Shown in pieces: positions 30,600 through 44,300 of a stretch of DNA of 55,500 nucleotides. How positions within the stretch are numbered: the first letter of the stretch is position 1; the number at the start of each line of letters is the position of its first letter. The notes below the pieces were generated by a model. It had not been told where the DNA came from. It searched no databases and was given only the letters and a program-made list of their open reading frames with translations. The stretch comes from Prorocentrum cordatum (lineage: Eukaryota). The position numbers and the translations under genes were made by a program. The stretch is from contig CAUYUJ010000153.1 in NCBI GenBank assembly GCA_963575745.1, positions 62,001 through 117,500 of the forward strand, in the 5' to 3' direction.

Positions 30600-32770
30600 A
30601 TGGGGGAGCAAAAGGTCCCAAAACGGGCCAGAAGCGCAAAAACGGGCCCACACGACTGTCCAAAAAGGCCCCAAGAGGCCTCCAAGACGGCCCACGAGGG
30701 CCCCGAGACGCCAAACGAACGCTCCAAGACGCCCAAGATGGCCCAAAGACGGCCTAAGAGGTCCCCTAGACGGCCCAAGAGGTCCCCACGAGGCCCCAAG
30801 AGGCCTCCAAGATGCGTCCCAAGAGGGTCCCTAGACGCAAAAATTTGTCCATTCCCTTCGTAAAACGTAAATGTTTTACAAATTTGCCTTCTGGGCTTTC
30901 CGATGCTCCCACACGGCCCAAGAGGCCCCCAAGACCGCCCCAAAACGGCCCAAAAAACCTCCAAGAGAGTCCCAAGATAGCCCAAGAGGGCCCCAAGACG
31001 GCCCAACAGGCGTCCAAGACGGCCCAGGAGGGCCCCGAAGACGGCCCCAAGAGCGCTCCAGGAGCGCTCCAAGTGGCCTCCAAGAGAGCTCAATATGGTC
31101 CCAGACGGTCCAAGAGCGATCAAAGACACCGAAGGTGGCCTCCAGCCGGCCCAAGATGCCCCCAAGAGGCCCCAAGAGGCATCCAAGATGCGCCCCAAGA
31201 CGGCCTCCAGACGCAACACATTGGCCCGTTCCCTACGTAAAACGTATTTGTTTCACAAGTTCGCCTTTCCGGCTTTCCGACGCGCCCAAGAAGCCCACAA
31301 GACCGCAACAAGACGGTCCAGAAAGCCTCCAAGAGGGCCCCCAGACAGCCCAAGAGGGCGCCAAGACGGCTCAAGAGGCGCCGAAGACGGCCCAAGAGAG
31401 CCCCGAAAACGGCCCCAAGAGCGCTCCAGGAGCGCTCCTAGTGGTTCCCAAGAGAGCTCGACATGGTCCCACACGGTCCAAGATAGCGATCGAAGACACC
31501 CGAGATGGCCTCCAGCTGGCCCAAGACGCCCCCAAGGGGCCTCCACGATGCGTCCCAAGAGGGTCCCTCGACGCAGAAAAATGGCCCTTTTCGTTCGTAA
31601 AACGCATTTGTTTCAGAAACTCGCCTACTGGCCTTTCCGATGCTTCCAGACGGCCCGAGAGGCCCCGAAAACCGTCCCAAGACAGCCCAAGAGGCCCCCA
31701 AGACTGCCCCACGACGGCCCAAGATGGCCCCGAGAAGGCCCAAGAGGTCCCCAAGACGGCCCAAGAAGGCTCCAAGACGGCACCAAGAGGGGCCCAAGTG
31801 GGCAACCAAAAATTTACAAATCTAGCTTTCCGCCCCCACGAGCCCCAGGGGCGCCCAAGACTGCCCCAAGAGGCCGCCAGAGGCCCCCAAGAGGCCGCCA
31901 AGACGCCCCGAGGAGCCCCCAAGAGGCCCCCAGGAGGCCCCCAAAAGACCCCCAGACGCTTTCGCATTGCGAGCCGTCAAGCCAACTGCAATGCACTCCG
32001 CGCATACAGCATTACTCTTCCTCGCGACGTGCTCACTATCTTGCTCGGCGCTAATGCGTTGCTGCCGCGCGAACTGTTTCGCGCGCGCTGCGAACGTCAA
32101 CAGCCTCTTCACCCGTTTCGACTCATCTGCCACATCTTTCGCGGCGATGCCTCGCTAATCACAGCTTCCGCAGGCTACTTTTGATCCTTCCGTCTTCCGG
32201 CGCTCCCCCACTTGGTTGCGGGTCGAAAGGCCGACCTCCCAGAAGGACACCCCGCGCCCGGGCGCGCAGCGCGCAAGGCGCTCGCAAAACACGCCCCCAC
32301 AACGGGCCACAAGCGCGCCAAAGGGCCAAACAAATCCCCCATTCCCTCAGAACAGAAAATCATTTTTCGCATGCTCGCCTATTCGGTTCTCGCAACGTCC
32401 CAGACGGGCAGAGAAACATTCAACATCGCTCCCAGACTGCCAAAGGGGCCCCCAAGAAGGGCCGAAGAGGGTCCAGCAACAGCCCCCGTAGCCTCCAGGA
32501 CAATGGAAGAAAGCCCCCAGACGGCTCCAAGACGGAGCGCACAGGGCACCTTCTCGAGCCTTCGGCCCGAAGACGCCCCCAGCGCTCCAAGAACAGACCA
32601 AGAGGCCCTGAGGGGCCCCCCAAGAGAACCTCAAAGGCCTCCAAGAAGCCCCCAGGAAGCCCCCGAGAGGTCCCAAAACTTGGCCAGAGATGCCTCGAGG
32701 CGGCCGGATATGGCCTGCAGACAGGCCAAGATGCCACCAAAAGGCCGCATAAGAGCACCAAGAGATACGA
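30600..32770. repeat. CCAAGA/GGCCCCAAGA-rich interspersed repeat with ~370-bp periodicity
   Basis: Dense CCAAGA units, with a recurring CGTAAAACG...TGTTT spacer near 30860, 31237 and 31597. The same family occurs in either orientation at ~27180-27400, 28970-29430, 39100-40500, 43050-44440 and 46340-46640. Confidence 0.75.
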
Positions 32771-34179
32771 TAACAGCAACAAAGCAACAGGAACGATGTC
32801 GAGCGCCGCGCCACAATTCGGACAAGCCTCGTGACATGCAGTCCTGGAGACGCAATAGTTTATATAGGGGTCGGCGGATGTGGCGTCAGCCTATAGAATC
32901 GCATTTCGGAACCCGTCGAAATCGAATCGAATCGGATCGAATCGGAGGACTCGAAACGGGCCCTGTGCGGCTGGCCAACGGCGCGGCTGTGAAATCCGCC
33001 CGCCAGCAGCTACGCCAAGGCGAGAGCGCGGACGCGGATCCACGACGCGAGCTCCTTATCCCCGCCCTGCGGTTGGCCAGCGGCACGGCTGTGAGATCCG
33101 CCGAGCCATGCCGAATCAATCCCGTCAATCCCAGAAGTGCCCCCACGCCGCAGTCGAAGCCACGCTCAAGAGGCACCTGGCCAAGAAGACCCAACGACTC
33201 GCCAGCGAATGTTTGACTTCAACATCGCCAGAGGCGCCGCAGCGGATCTGCCAGCCCGCACGACGAAGGGCCTGCTTGCTGACAAGAGGCAAAGCGGAGA
33301 GGTACACGACAACAGGCACACCGACCCCTGACAGCAGGAAGCGCACCAAAGCCACATAAAATCGCACAGGAGGCCCCGAGGAGAAGCGCAGACCGATGAA
33401 GCCGACAAGCCCGCAGCGGCGCGACCATCACCAGGAAGACCACCGCTACGACCTCCGCGTCTAACACCAACTGGCCCCCGAGTGGCTCCGCAAAGCCGCT
33501 GCTCAAGTACGCCCAAGTGGGCACGAGGAGCCCCCGAGCCTTGAATAGAGCGTTGTCACAGACGCCGACGCCCAAAGGGCACCGACAAGAGGCGCCGACC
33601 TCCCCCAGGCGACAGATTGTTCCTCTTGGGCTCAGAACGAAAGCCCCGGGCCCAATGATGTTTGCGCAGACCCAATTTTGGTATTGGTTGTGTTCTGGTG
33701 GATCCGATTTCTGTCCGCGCGGATGCGACTGCGGATTTTCTGGGTCCGCGCCCGGCCTCATGTTTTACGGCGGGTCCGATTTCTGCCCCGTTTAAATGTT
33801 ATATTATGACGGGGCACTGGAAGACGGGGCGCTGGAAGAAATCGGGCCCGCGTCCAACAGGGGAGCGGGGGGCGGATATCAACTTTCCAGGATGGGCCCC
33901 GCGCTGTCCCGCGCACTCCCATCGACTCTCCGCGCGCGCGGGCTCCACTCAACACGAATGCATATCTCTCATCCCGGTTGCTGCATGCATCTCGTCCGAT
34001 CGCCGTCCGTTCGGAGGCGCCGACGTTGTCTCGCGAACCCCCCAGCGCCATGCTCACCTCGAGGGGGTCATATTTCGCCCTGCGCAACTACGCAAGAGCT
34101 CCAGCATGTGCATATGGGGGGAGTACAAGAAAACCTCGGGGACATCTGCATGTTCAGCACCGCCTTCAATACCAGCCCC

Positions 34180-37100
34180 CCCGCCCAGACCTCCTCCTCC
34201 AACTGGTGGGCTTGTTTTCCACCGCCACCGCCGCCAATAGTAGGAGGGCGAGGGGGTCCTGTGAACTCGTCGAAGCACTCGAAGTCTCCAGCCCCCCTCG
34301 AATCGAAGTCCGAATCTCTGCCAACTTTTGAACACGCCCCCTCACTATGCTCTGCAGGCGGGGGGTGGCGATGGTAACCTTTTCGGTCAGTTGAGAGGCC
34401 TCTCGAGCTCAAAATGGCAATGGTGAAACGCGCCGCCACTCTCTGATGTGCGGACACTGGATATCACAACATTCTGTCAGAATCCTCAAAACATACATTA
34501 TGTGGAGTCCAATACACACCGGTGAGCAACGGAATGAGCACTCGTATAAACTCTCACCTTGCTCACGCGAAACTGATAGCATACCATCGCAAGTAAATCG
34601 AGCAACGCAGCTGCGCTCGAGAGAACTGCGCCAGACACCGCGTCGCAAGAAAACCTCTGCTGAAATGAAGAGCTCCTTTGCAAGGAAGGGGGGGGGAACA
34701 AATGAGACTGGAACAGGATGCAAATCATTATTTGCTGGGGCGCCTTCACTCACTGCGCGGCTTCTGCTGCGCCGCGTGCAGCTCGCGGGCAATCTCCAAG
34801 CCTCGTCGAAAACCGTTCGTCACATGCTTGCGCTGTCCGCAGTGTCCATCCGGTAGACCAACGCTCGCGCAGCGCACGGGACCTAGGCAGCCGACGTCCC
34901 ACATGATGGCGCTCAGCTCCATCATCCTCTCCTTCTGGGCCTTGGTCTGTTCCCTCGCCTTCTCTGGCTCGGGTTCTGGCGCGTCCGGGGCCTTCGTCGC
35001 CTTCTGCGAAACCTTGCAGATCACGCAGCATATGGACGCTGCGACCATCAACGACATCATCATGCTGAAGGTTCCTTGCGCCAACGTGCTCAGCGGCATC
35101 TTGATCACTATCCGCGGGCTCTTGGTCCACTCGAACTCCACCAGGGCCGTCTCGATATCACTGTCATAGATCGTCACCTCGCTGGCTGCGGCTGACCTCG
35201 AAAGAGACACCGCGGTCGCCGTCGCTGCTGTCGCACTCGTCTTCGATCTTGACGTGGCAAACCTCTTGGCCTCCTCCTGTTGGTCCTTGGCCGTCTTCTT
35301 TTTCGCCGCCTGGAACTTCTCATCGAACTTCAGGCTGATCGCCCCCGTCCTGAGTCGAACGGCCAGTAGCTGTCTGGCTGCTGGAATTGGTGAAGCCGTC
35401 TGCGAACTGTCGCTCTGAGCTGACCCAATGCCAGCCCGTGGCACTCGCCGTCGCGCGCTCCTTCAGCACTTGCACCTCGATACCCGGCCGCCTGTCATCG
35501 AAGTTGCGCACGCGTGGCATCTGAGCTGCGTCGTCGAGAGCCTCGGCGCCCACCAGCGCCGGTTGCGCCCAGGCGGTGGCGCAGGAACAGGCAGGGGTCC
35601 AGCGGGTGAACCACGAATCCACGCGTAATCATGCGGTCGGTAGCTTCCTCCGACCAAAGCCTCGGTGCGTCGCTCAGCCCGCGCATACTCATGAGTAGCT
35701 TCATCCTCTGGCCCGGCTGGTAGCCAAGCATCCTGCACGCCTCCGCCGGCAAAAACACAGAAATCCCACGATCCGAGCGCTTGCCCTGCAAAAACGCGGT
35801 GCTTGGCGTCCGCGGCGAACAGGGCCCAACCGTGAATGCAGCCGAGCATCGCGATGGAGGTTCTGCTAAATCTTGTCATCGTCGGTGAGAATTTGGCCAG
35901 TTCCCCTGCAATCGCGCCTGGGTCTCAGAACCCTTGGATAACCAGCCTGGCCATGGCCCCGTTGCTTCCGTCGGCGTTTCTCGACCAATTCAATAGGAAA
36001 CTCGCGCGCAGCACCTCGTTGGGGTCGCTGACCTCATTCTTATATTGCTCCCAAACCTGGTTACCGAAGAAGCTCTGCAACTCCGCGGGCTTCGCCTCCG
36101 CGAACTTGGCGTTGTCCTCCACGTTCATGTTCTTCTCGCCCTGCTCGCCAGCCAAGTAGCACTCCTCGTAGTCGAGGAAGAACGCCTGGTCCTCTGCGTT
36201 GTAGCTCCAGCCCTTGGGCAGCGCGTCCAAGTCTAGAAACATTACATCCTCTTGGATCTCCACTTTGTCGTAGGGTCCTGCCCAACTGTCTCGCCGATCT
36301 CGATGCGCCGCGAACGCCCTCATTGGAGCCATCTCCGATGCATCGATGTTCCTCCGCATCTCCTTGAACCTCGCTGCTGGGTCAAAGATCGCTGGCTGAG
36401 CCGGCGCCGTCTGTGCTGCTCGAACCTCTGTTGCATCTGGTACTTGCTCTTGAACTGGCTGTTGTTGTAACTCCATGTCATCATCGTCCGGAATCGCCGT
36501 GTCGTCCGTCGTCGGTGGCGGGTCCTCGGTGCCTGCTGGCCTTGGCTCGACCTGCGGCTCGAAACCCTGGGCAGACACCTGCCCGGGCTGGCCGCCCATG
36601 GCCTGCCCCGCCGTCGGTGCACCTCCAACTGTAGCAGCTGGCTCGTCCTCCTCAATCAGCTCGTCTGCTCGGTCCTCGTCGGTGGGTCCGGGCAACTGGC
36701 TGATGTCGAAGAACTGCGCGATACCTCCGCGTCGTAGTCCTTGTAGAAAATCTGCGCTGCCCGTAGGTTCGCTGGTCGTCTAGGCTCGCCGATTCGCTCC
36801 ACAATGGGTCTGACCTGGTCTGGGCTGCACCGCAAAGGGCTCCCGCCGTGCGTGACCCAATAGATCCTGGGCTGGCCGCGCTCCGCGCCCTCGCGTAGCG
36901 CCACTGTGGCCGGCCCTCTCCAGCGTGACTTTTGAGGCCTGCTAGCTCCACGATCACGCCCGTAGTAGCCCTCGCCACCCGCTCACTGCCTCATGGATGT
37001 CACGTCTCTTGCGCGGGAATGCTCTGCAAAGGCTCTCCGTCGAATCCGCCTTGATGAATGCCATCGCCGCTGCGGCTCGCCGCTGCATCGCCTCTTGGAA

Positions 37101-38365
37101 CGCCCCCCCCCCCCCCCCAGGTAGGCCTCTGCCGCCAGCGCGGACGGCGCGTCCGCGGACAGGGGTCGTTGAGCTCCGGATTGTAGCCCAGAACCCACTG
37201 CGTCGGACTCAAGCCCTTGCGATGCATCGTCCTTTTGATCTGATTGGGCACGGAGTCCAACGCTGCCTGCAAGTTCTCGGTGGTGCGCTCCAGGCCGGTC
37301 TCCTCGAACCAGAGCTCCAGCGTCTCGCGCATCACTTGATGTGCTCGCCCCGCTGGCCCCATGACATGGTGAGCCTCCCCGGGGGCGGTCTGCATCTTAA
37401 TGTTCTGGTCACTGGTCCAGTCGAGCATCTCCTGACTGCGCGCTGCGCCACGCTCGTCCATCACGGGCCTCGTGTGCCGCAGTGCCTGATCCATTCCTTC
37501 TCGATGGACTTGATGGCCTCGGCTGTCGCCTCGCGCGCCACGATCCTGCATTTCTGGAAGCGGCTAGCTCCATCCAGTAAGCGAGCGATCTTCGCCGAGC
37601 CTGATCGCATATTGAACTCGAAGAAATCCATGTACAAACCCTGGTTAAATGTCTTCCATGATGGATGATGGTGGTGCCGACTTCGGTGGTTGCGATGCCA
37701 TCTTCCGCTCTGCGCATATCGCACACAAGTACCGTTGCGCACGGGCTATCACCTCCTCTCTCGCATCCGCTGTCGTCAGCATCCGCATGCATACCTCCGT
37801 GCTGGGGTGGCCTGGCCTCTTGTGGAGACGCTCCACGTACCTGAACACATTCTGGCCGAACTCGCCCCTCAGCTGCCTGTCTTGGTACGTCTCCTTCGCC
37901 TCATTGCTGCTGTCGTCCACCGTCGCATGGTAGATGTGCTCCACCGCGCCCTCGCTTTCCTCGATACCCAAGACCAGGATGTCCGTGTCCTGAACGTGGG
38001 GCTGCTCCAACAAATCACTGAGGATCTGCGCCAACAGGGGCCCATAGTTCTCGGCGAAGCTCGCGGGGTGCAAGTTGGCACCAGGAATATTGCCCGCCAG
38101 GTGGACATGCTCATGCTGTTTGTCGCACTGGTACTGATAGTCATTTTGCCATTCCTCGTCGTGTAGAGCGAACTCCAGTCCACTTGCGAGCTAGGCCTCC
38201 TCCTGGAATTTCCAATCCCGCCATGCACTGGTCGACAAGTACATGGTGTCCAGGCAGCTCGTAGAGCACTTCGCCCTCCAGCTGCGCGCTGTCGCTGGCT
38301 GTTCTAGGCGCGCATCTCGACCTCCAAGCCACTGCTCGAGGTAGACCTGCTGGCAGAACATCAGG
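34180..38365 (-). mobile_element. Degenerate Ty1/Copia-like LTR retrotransposon: C-half of a DNMT-like domain, integrase, RT (internally deleted), RNase H end, C-terminal extension
   Basis: HKRPGHP...LCAIC zinc finger, YMDFF and VMDERG integrase core; ELQSF..NQVWE, AMARLVIQGF, GLSDAPRLW and HPLDPCLF RT motifs; WVSSERQFADGFT RNase H end. Integrase precedes RT (Copia order). Many frameshifts. Confidence 0.85.
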
Positions 38366-41300
38366 TCAGTAGTGACATTCTACTGGCGAAGCTTTCGGCG
38401 ACAAAACGCCAATCAAAAAATAAACGATTTCAACTAGAAATGAGTGGCGTAGCGTTGGTAGAAGCGCAACTGTCTGATCGCGAAAGCACGCGAGCCCGCG
38501 CGATGCTTCATGCCCAATTAGGCTACTCCGAGAGAGGCGCGAGCAGCACGGTTGGCACGAACGAAGTCGAAAACATTTCGGCCGCGAAGAACGACGATGC
38601 GAGCACGACCAGGAAAAGCAATACAATTCGCAAGGGCGAAACATTAAAACACAAGTCTGGGCACATAGCAATGCGACGGCGGCTATCAAAGCAAGCGTAA
38701 CTTCACTAACCGCTGAAGGTCGCGCAAACAAGCGCTTGGCCGAACAAAACACATGATATTACCACGAACCCCGACCTTGGAGGACAAATGGGGGCTCCTG
38801 CGATGTGAGCTCAGCACGTGGCCATGCGAGCCACTGTGGGGGGACGCGTGGCTTGCGAGCAAGTGAACTGCAAAGAAAAGCGTGCATGCGGGCCACCAGT
38901 TTTGATAGGTCCGTGCGTTGCAAGTGAGATGCCAAGAGGGCACCTGACGGTGGTTCCCGTGTTGTCCGTTTGAGGTGGCGGCGCTTTGTCGGGGTGTCTC
39001 CAGACATCCTGGGGTCCTCTGGAGCAGTGTTGGGGCCCTCTTGACAATATCTGGGGGTCTCCTGGTCGTGGGATGAACGCTGGTTCCCGTGTTGTCCGTT
39101 TGGCGGCGTCTCCAACCATCTTGGGGCCCTCTTGGGCATTCTTGGGGCCCTGTTGGGGGCGGCTGGGGACTTCCCGGAGGCCCGCTCCAAGCTCGTTGGG
39201 GCCTCTTGAAAGCCTCTCGGGGGTCCCCTGGGGGCCCGTCGGGGCCACCTGGGTGTTTTTGGGGCTGGGGAACCAGAAATGTAAGTCCCTGCCGCCTCTC
39301 TGAAGTTTTCCTAGGCATTCCTGAAGCTTTCGGAGGCTGTCTTCGAAGCCTCTTGCGCCGTCTCGAAAGCGTGTTGGACTGGTCTGGGCACTCCTGGGGG
39401 CCTCTCAGGCCGTCTGCGGGCGGCCCTTGGGACCTCTTGCGCCGCCCCCGAACGTCGGGGGGCCGAGGGCGCCGAAACCCGAAAGACATTTAGAAAACCA
39501 GCGAAGACCAATACATTTTGACACGCGGGGCTCTCTGGGAGGGCCTCTCAGGCCTCCCGAGGCGTCCTAGGAGCGCCGAGGGCCGTCTGGGCGCGATGTT
39601 TGGGGCCTCCTGGGGGCCTCGCGGGGCCTCCGGGAGGTCCTTTTGCGCGGTGAGCTTGAAATATAAGTTCCTGCACTTTTTCTATAGATGCCTCCTGGGG
39701 GCGTTCCTGGAACCCTTGGAGGCCGTCTTGGAGGCGTCTTGGGCCGTCTTGAGAGCGTGTTGGACTGTCCGAGCGCTCTCTTGGAGGCCTCTTAGGCCGT
39801 CTTGGGGCGGTATTTGGGTCCTCTCGGGCTGTTTTGGAGCGTCGGCGTGGACATCCGATAAACTTTCAAAAACCCAGCGAAAACCAATACATTTTGACAC
39901 TTGGGGCTCTCTGGGAGGGCCGAATTCGGGGGCCTCCCGAGGCGTCCTGGGAGTTCCCTGGGCCGTCTGGGAGCGATGTTTGGGGCCTGCTGGAGGCCGC
40001 GTGGGGCCTCCGGGGGGTCATTTTGGGCGGTGAACTTGAAATGCCGGTTGCTGCCTCTGCTCTGGAGGTATGTTTGGGCCGTTCCTGGAGCCTTCGGACG
40101 CCGTCATGGGGGCCTCTTGGGCCGCCATGAGGGCGTATTGGGCTGTCTGGGCGCCTTCCTGGGGGCATCTGAGGCCGTCTTTGGGCGGTTCGGGGGCCCT
40201 CTTGGGCTGTCTTGGCGCGTCGGCAAGCCGAAGACGCGAAAACCCGACAAACATGCAAAAACCAAAGGAACACCAATGCATTTTGACACTGGGGGCTCTC
40301 TGGGAGGGCCACTCGGAAGCCTCCCGAAGCGTCCTGGAAGCCCCCTGGGCCATCCGGGCGCGATCTTGGACGGCCTGGATCGACCCGACGGCGACTCGCG
40401 GCCCTCTCGGAACATCTTGCCGACCATCTTGGGGCCGCCCGCGCCGCGCGGAAGCGCGTCTGCCGAAATGGGGCCGTCTTCCGCCGTCTTCCGCCGGCGT
40501 TCCCCCCGCGGCCGGGAGGGGCCCCCGGGCCCCCCCCCCCCGGGCCCCCCAGGGGGGGCACCAAACGGGAACCCATCCTCAAGGTCGGGGAAAAAGATGA
40601 CGCACAAAGGCGTCGCGCATGAGCGCGAACACGAGCGCGACGTGCACGCTCGAACAAAACGCGCGCGAATCGCGGTGCACGCGCGCGCACGCGCGCGCGA
40701 GGGCGATGGTAGATCCTGTAATCACAGCGCGACGCAAGCTTGCGCTGCGAATTCGAATATCGCCAGAGGCGCCCCTTAGAGCAATCGGAAAAGCGGCGCG
40801 TAGCCATCGTTGCACGGGGCGCTCGGCGCCACAGCGTGACGCGATCATGGAACTTAAGCCGCCCGAGAGCGGGGGGGGCGCCGAGGGGGGAAAGGAGGGA
40901 GTGGAAGAGAGCGAGGATGGCGAGGGGGATGGAGGGATGAAAAGGAGGAGAGGGAGGATGACTGGGGAAGCGGGGAGTAGGAGGAGAAGACGGGGGAGGA
41001 GGAGGACAGGGAACGGAACGAAAGGGGAGGTGGAGGATCGCGAGGGGGGGTTGTAGGCCGCGCCTACCTCCTCCGGACTCTTCCGGGCCATCCTGCGGCG
41101 ATTTGCGCTACCCCAGCGGGGCGCGCTGGGCGCTCTGCATCCTGTGAAGGCGACGGCGCGAACACCAATTCCATCTTTAGTCTTAGCAGTCTGGCGGCGC
41201 CCCGGGGGCGCCTTCACTGACCTCTTGCAGCATTGTTGCTGGCGCCCGTATTGGTTTCAAGCAGTTTGGGGTACCATTGGAGCCACTGGGCGACCGCATC

Positions 41301-44300
41301 AAGCTTCCGACCCTCGCGCACGATCACATTGAGCAACGTCGGCCGTCTCTGGGAGCTCTGCGTATAACCAGCGATGAATATTGGAAGGGTCAAATGTTGA
41401 ACCTTTCTTATCGTGAAATCGTCGTGGCGTTGACCCTTCTTAGCGTCGCGAGTGCGGTTTCTACCCGTGCTTCCGTCGACCAACGACCCTGACCGCCGCC
41501 CTCGTTGGCCTCGAGATGTCCTGTTCACATCGGCATGCATCTGGAACTCCCCTGGGCCCCTGTGGCGCTCCTGGGGCTCTCTTAAGCGCCCCCTGGGGCG
41601 GTGATGGGGTCTTCTTGGGCCTCTGGGACTCTCTTGGACAGTCTTGGGATCCGTTCGGGGCGTCGTGTCGAGAGGCCTCTTGGGGCTCGTTGGGTTGTTT
41701 GTCGGCGATGTGAGAGGCCTCTGGGATCGCATTGGGTCCTCTCGGGTTATGGCGCAAATTTCAAGCCGCGTTCAGCCGCGCCAAAGAGCACCGCCCTATG
41801 GAGCCAAACAGAATAACGACAACGAAAGGGGCGTCGGCGTCGGTGTCGTCGCACCGTCTTCCCCTTGGGAGATGCCGTGGGAATGGTCAAATCCTGCCCC
41901 CGCTGCTCCTCGCACCCCCCCCGCCCGCCCCCTTTCCCGCCCCCTGCAACTGGGCGGCCCTCGGGGATGTTCATCACGAAGCGAAAGCGGCGCAAGCGCG
42001 GGGCGGAACTGGATCGCCTCGACAAAATGCCCGGCCAGACTGCCCGACAAAATGCCCGACAAAATCGCAGGGGCAACGCCGTAGCTGTGGATTTACCATA
42101 CATCCGCCCAGCTGCCGATGCCAAGAATAATTTTGTCGCTGCACTTGTTTTTCAACAGCTTGTCATGGCGGCCGGTTTTTTTTTGTCGGGTCGGTGCTTT
42201 TTTTTTTGTCGGACCATTGTGTCGGGGCCTCTGTTTTTTTGTCTGCCCATTTTGTCGGGGCCACTTTTTTGTCGGGCAATTTTTGTTGTCGGTCCACGTG
42301 CTGTTTTTTGTCGGCCCGCCTGTTTTTTTTTTTTTTGTCGTCGGCCCCTTGCGGGCAACGCCCCCGGTGCAAGGCGGGCGGAAGAACGCGGGCGGCGAGG
42401 GGGGGCAGGGGGAGCGCACGCGCGCGGCGCAGGAGGAGCAAGAGGAGGAGCGGAGGAACGGGAGGAGCAGACAGACTCAAAGAGAACCCCAATACATCTC
42501 GCAGGCCCGAGAAGGCCCCAACACCGCCCGAAGAGGCGCCTGAGAGCGCCCCAAGAGGGCCCCAAGGGCCAAAGAGAGCCCAAAAGGCCGATGTGACCAG
42601 GCATTTCGACGCCAACGAAGGTGGCGGTCAGGGTTGTTGGTCGACAGAAGCACGGAAAGCAACCATATCCATCACGCTAACCTGATATCACCACGAACCC
42701 CGACTTTGGAGGACAAATGGGGGCTCCTGCGACGCGGGTTCAGCACGTGACCATGCGAACCACTGTGGGGGGACGCGTGGCTTGCGAGCAAGTGAAGTGC
42801 AAAGAAAAGCGTGCATGCGGGCCACCAGTTTTGATAGGTCCGTGCGTTGCAGGTGAGATGCCAAGATGACACCTGACGTTGGTTCCCGCGTTATCCGTTT
42901 GAGGTGGTGACGCTTTGTCGGGGTGTCTCCAGACATCCTGGGGTCCTCTGGAGCAGTGTTGGGGCCCTCTTGAAAGTATCTGGGGGCCTCCTGGTCGTGG
43001 GATGAACGCTGGTTCCCGTGTTGTCCGTTTGGCGGCGTCTCCAACCATCTTGGGGCCCTCTTGGGCCGTCTTGGGGCCCTGTTAGGGACGGCTGGGGGCT
43101 TCCCGGAGGCCCGTTCCAGGCTCGTTGGGACCTCTTGAAAGCCTCTCGGGGGCGTCCTGGGGGCCCGTCGGGGCCTCCAGGGTCCCTCTTGGGCCGGAGA
43201 ACCCAAAATGTAGGTCCCCGCCGCCTCTCTGGAACTTTCTCTGGCATTCCTGAAGCTTTCGGAGGCCGTCTTGGAGGCCCCTGGGCCGTCTCGAGAGCGC
43301 GTCGGACTGGTTTGGGTGCTCCCCCGGGGCCCCCTCAGGCCGTCTCGGGGCGGTCTTTGGGGCCTCTTGCGCCGCCCCGGAACGCCGGGGGGCTGAGGGC
43401 GCCGAAACCCGAAAAAACAAATATAAAACCAACGAAAACCAATAAATTGTGACACGCGGGGCTCTCTGGGAGGGCCTCTCGGAGGCCTCCCGAAGCGTCC
43501 GAGGAGCGCCGAAGGCCGTCTGGACGCGATATTGGGGGCCTCCCGGGGGCCTCGCGGGGCCTCCGGGTGGTCCTTTTGTGCGGTGAGCTTGAGATGTAGG
43601 GTCCTGCCCTTCTTCTACATGCTTTTCTGGTGGCGTTCCTAGAGCCTGCGGAGGCCGTCATGGAGGCGTTGTGGGCCGTCTTGAACGCGCGTTGGACTGT
43701 CTGAGCGCTCTCTTGGAGGCCTCTCAGGCCGTCTTGGGGCGGTCTTTGGGCCCTCTTGGGCTGCGTTGGAGCGTCGGCAAGCCGAAAACGTGGAAACCCG
43801 AGAAACTTTCAAAAACCCACCGAAAACCAAAACACGTTGACACTGGGGCTCTCTGGGAGGGCCTCTCGGGGCCTCCCGAGGCGTCCTGGGCGCTCCCTGG
43901 GCCGTCTGAACACGATGTTTGGTGCCTGCTGGAGGCCGCGCGGGGCCTCCGGGGGTCATTTTGGGCGGCGAGCTTGAAATGCCGATTGCTGTTTTTACTC
44001 TGGAGGTCTTTTTTTGGGCCGTTCCTGGAGCCTTCGGACGCCGTCATGGAGGCCTCTTGGGCCGTCATGAGGGCGTCTTGGACTGTCTGGGCGCCTTCTC
44101 GGGGGCCTCTGAAGCCGTTTTTGGGCGGTTTTGGGGCCCTCTTGGGTTGTTATGGTGCGTCGGCAAGCCGAAGACGCGAAAACAAGAAAAACCTGCCCCC
44201 CCCCCCTAAACAAAAATACATGTTGACGCTGGGGGCTCTCCGGGAGGGCCTCTCGGAAGCCTCCCGAAGCGTCCTGGAAGCTCCCTGGGCGATCCGGGCG

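Noticed and set aside
30353..33216. Long ORFs (288-437 aa) in the CCAAGA-rich region
   Set aside because: Open in several frames on both strands because the repeat is poor in stop codons; no domain motifs.
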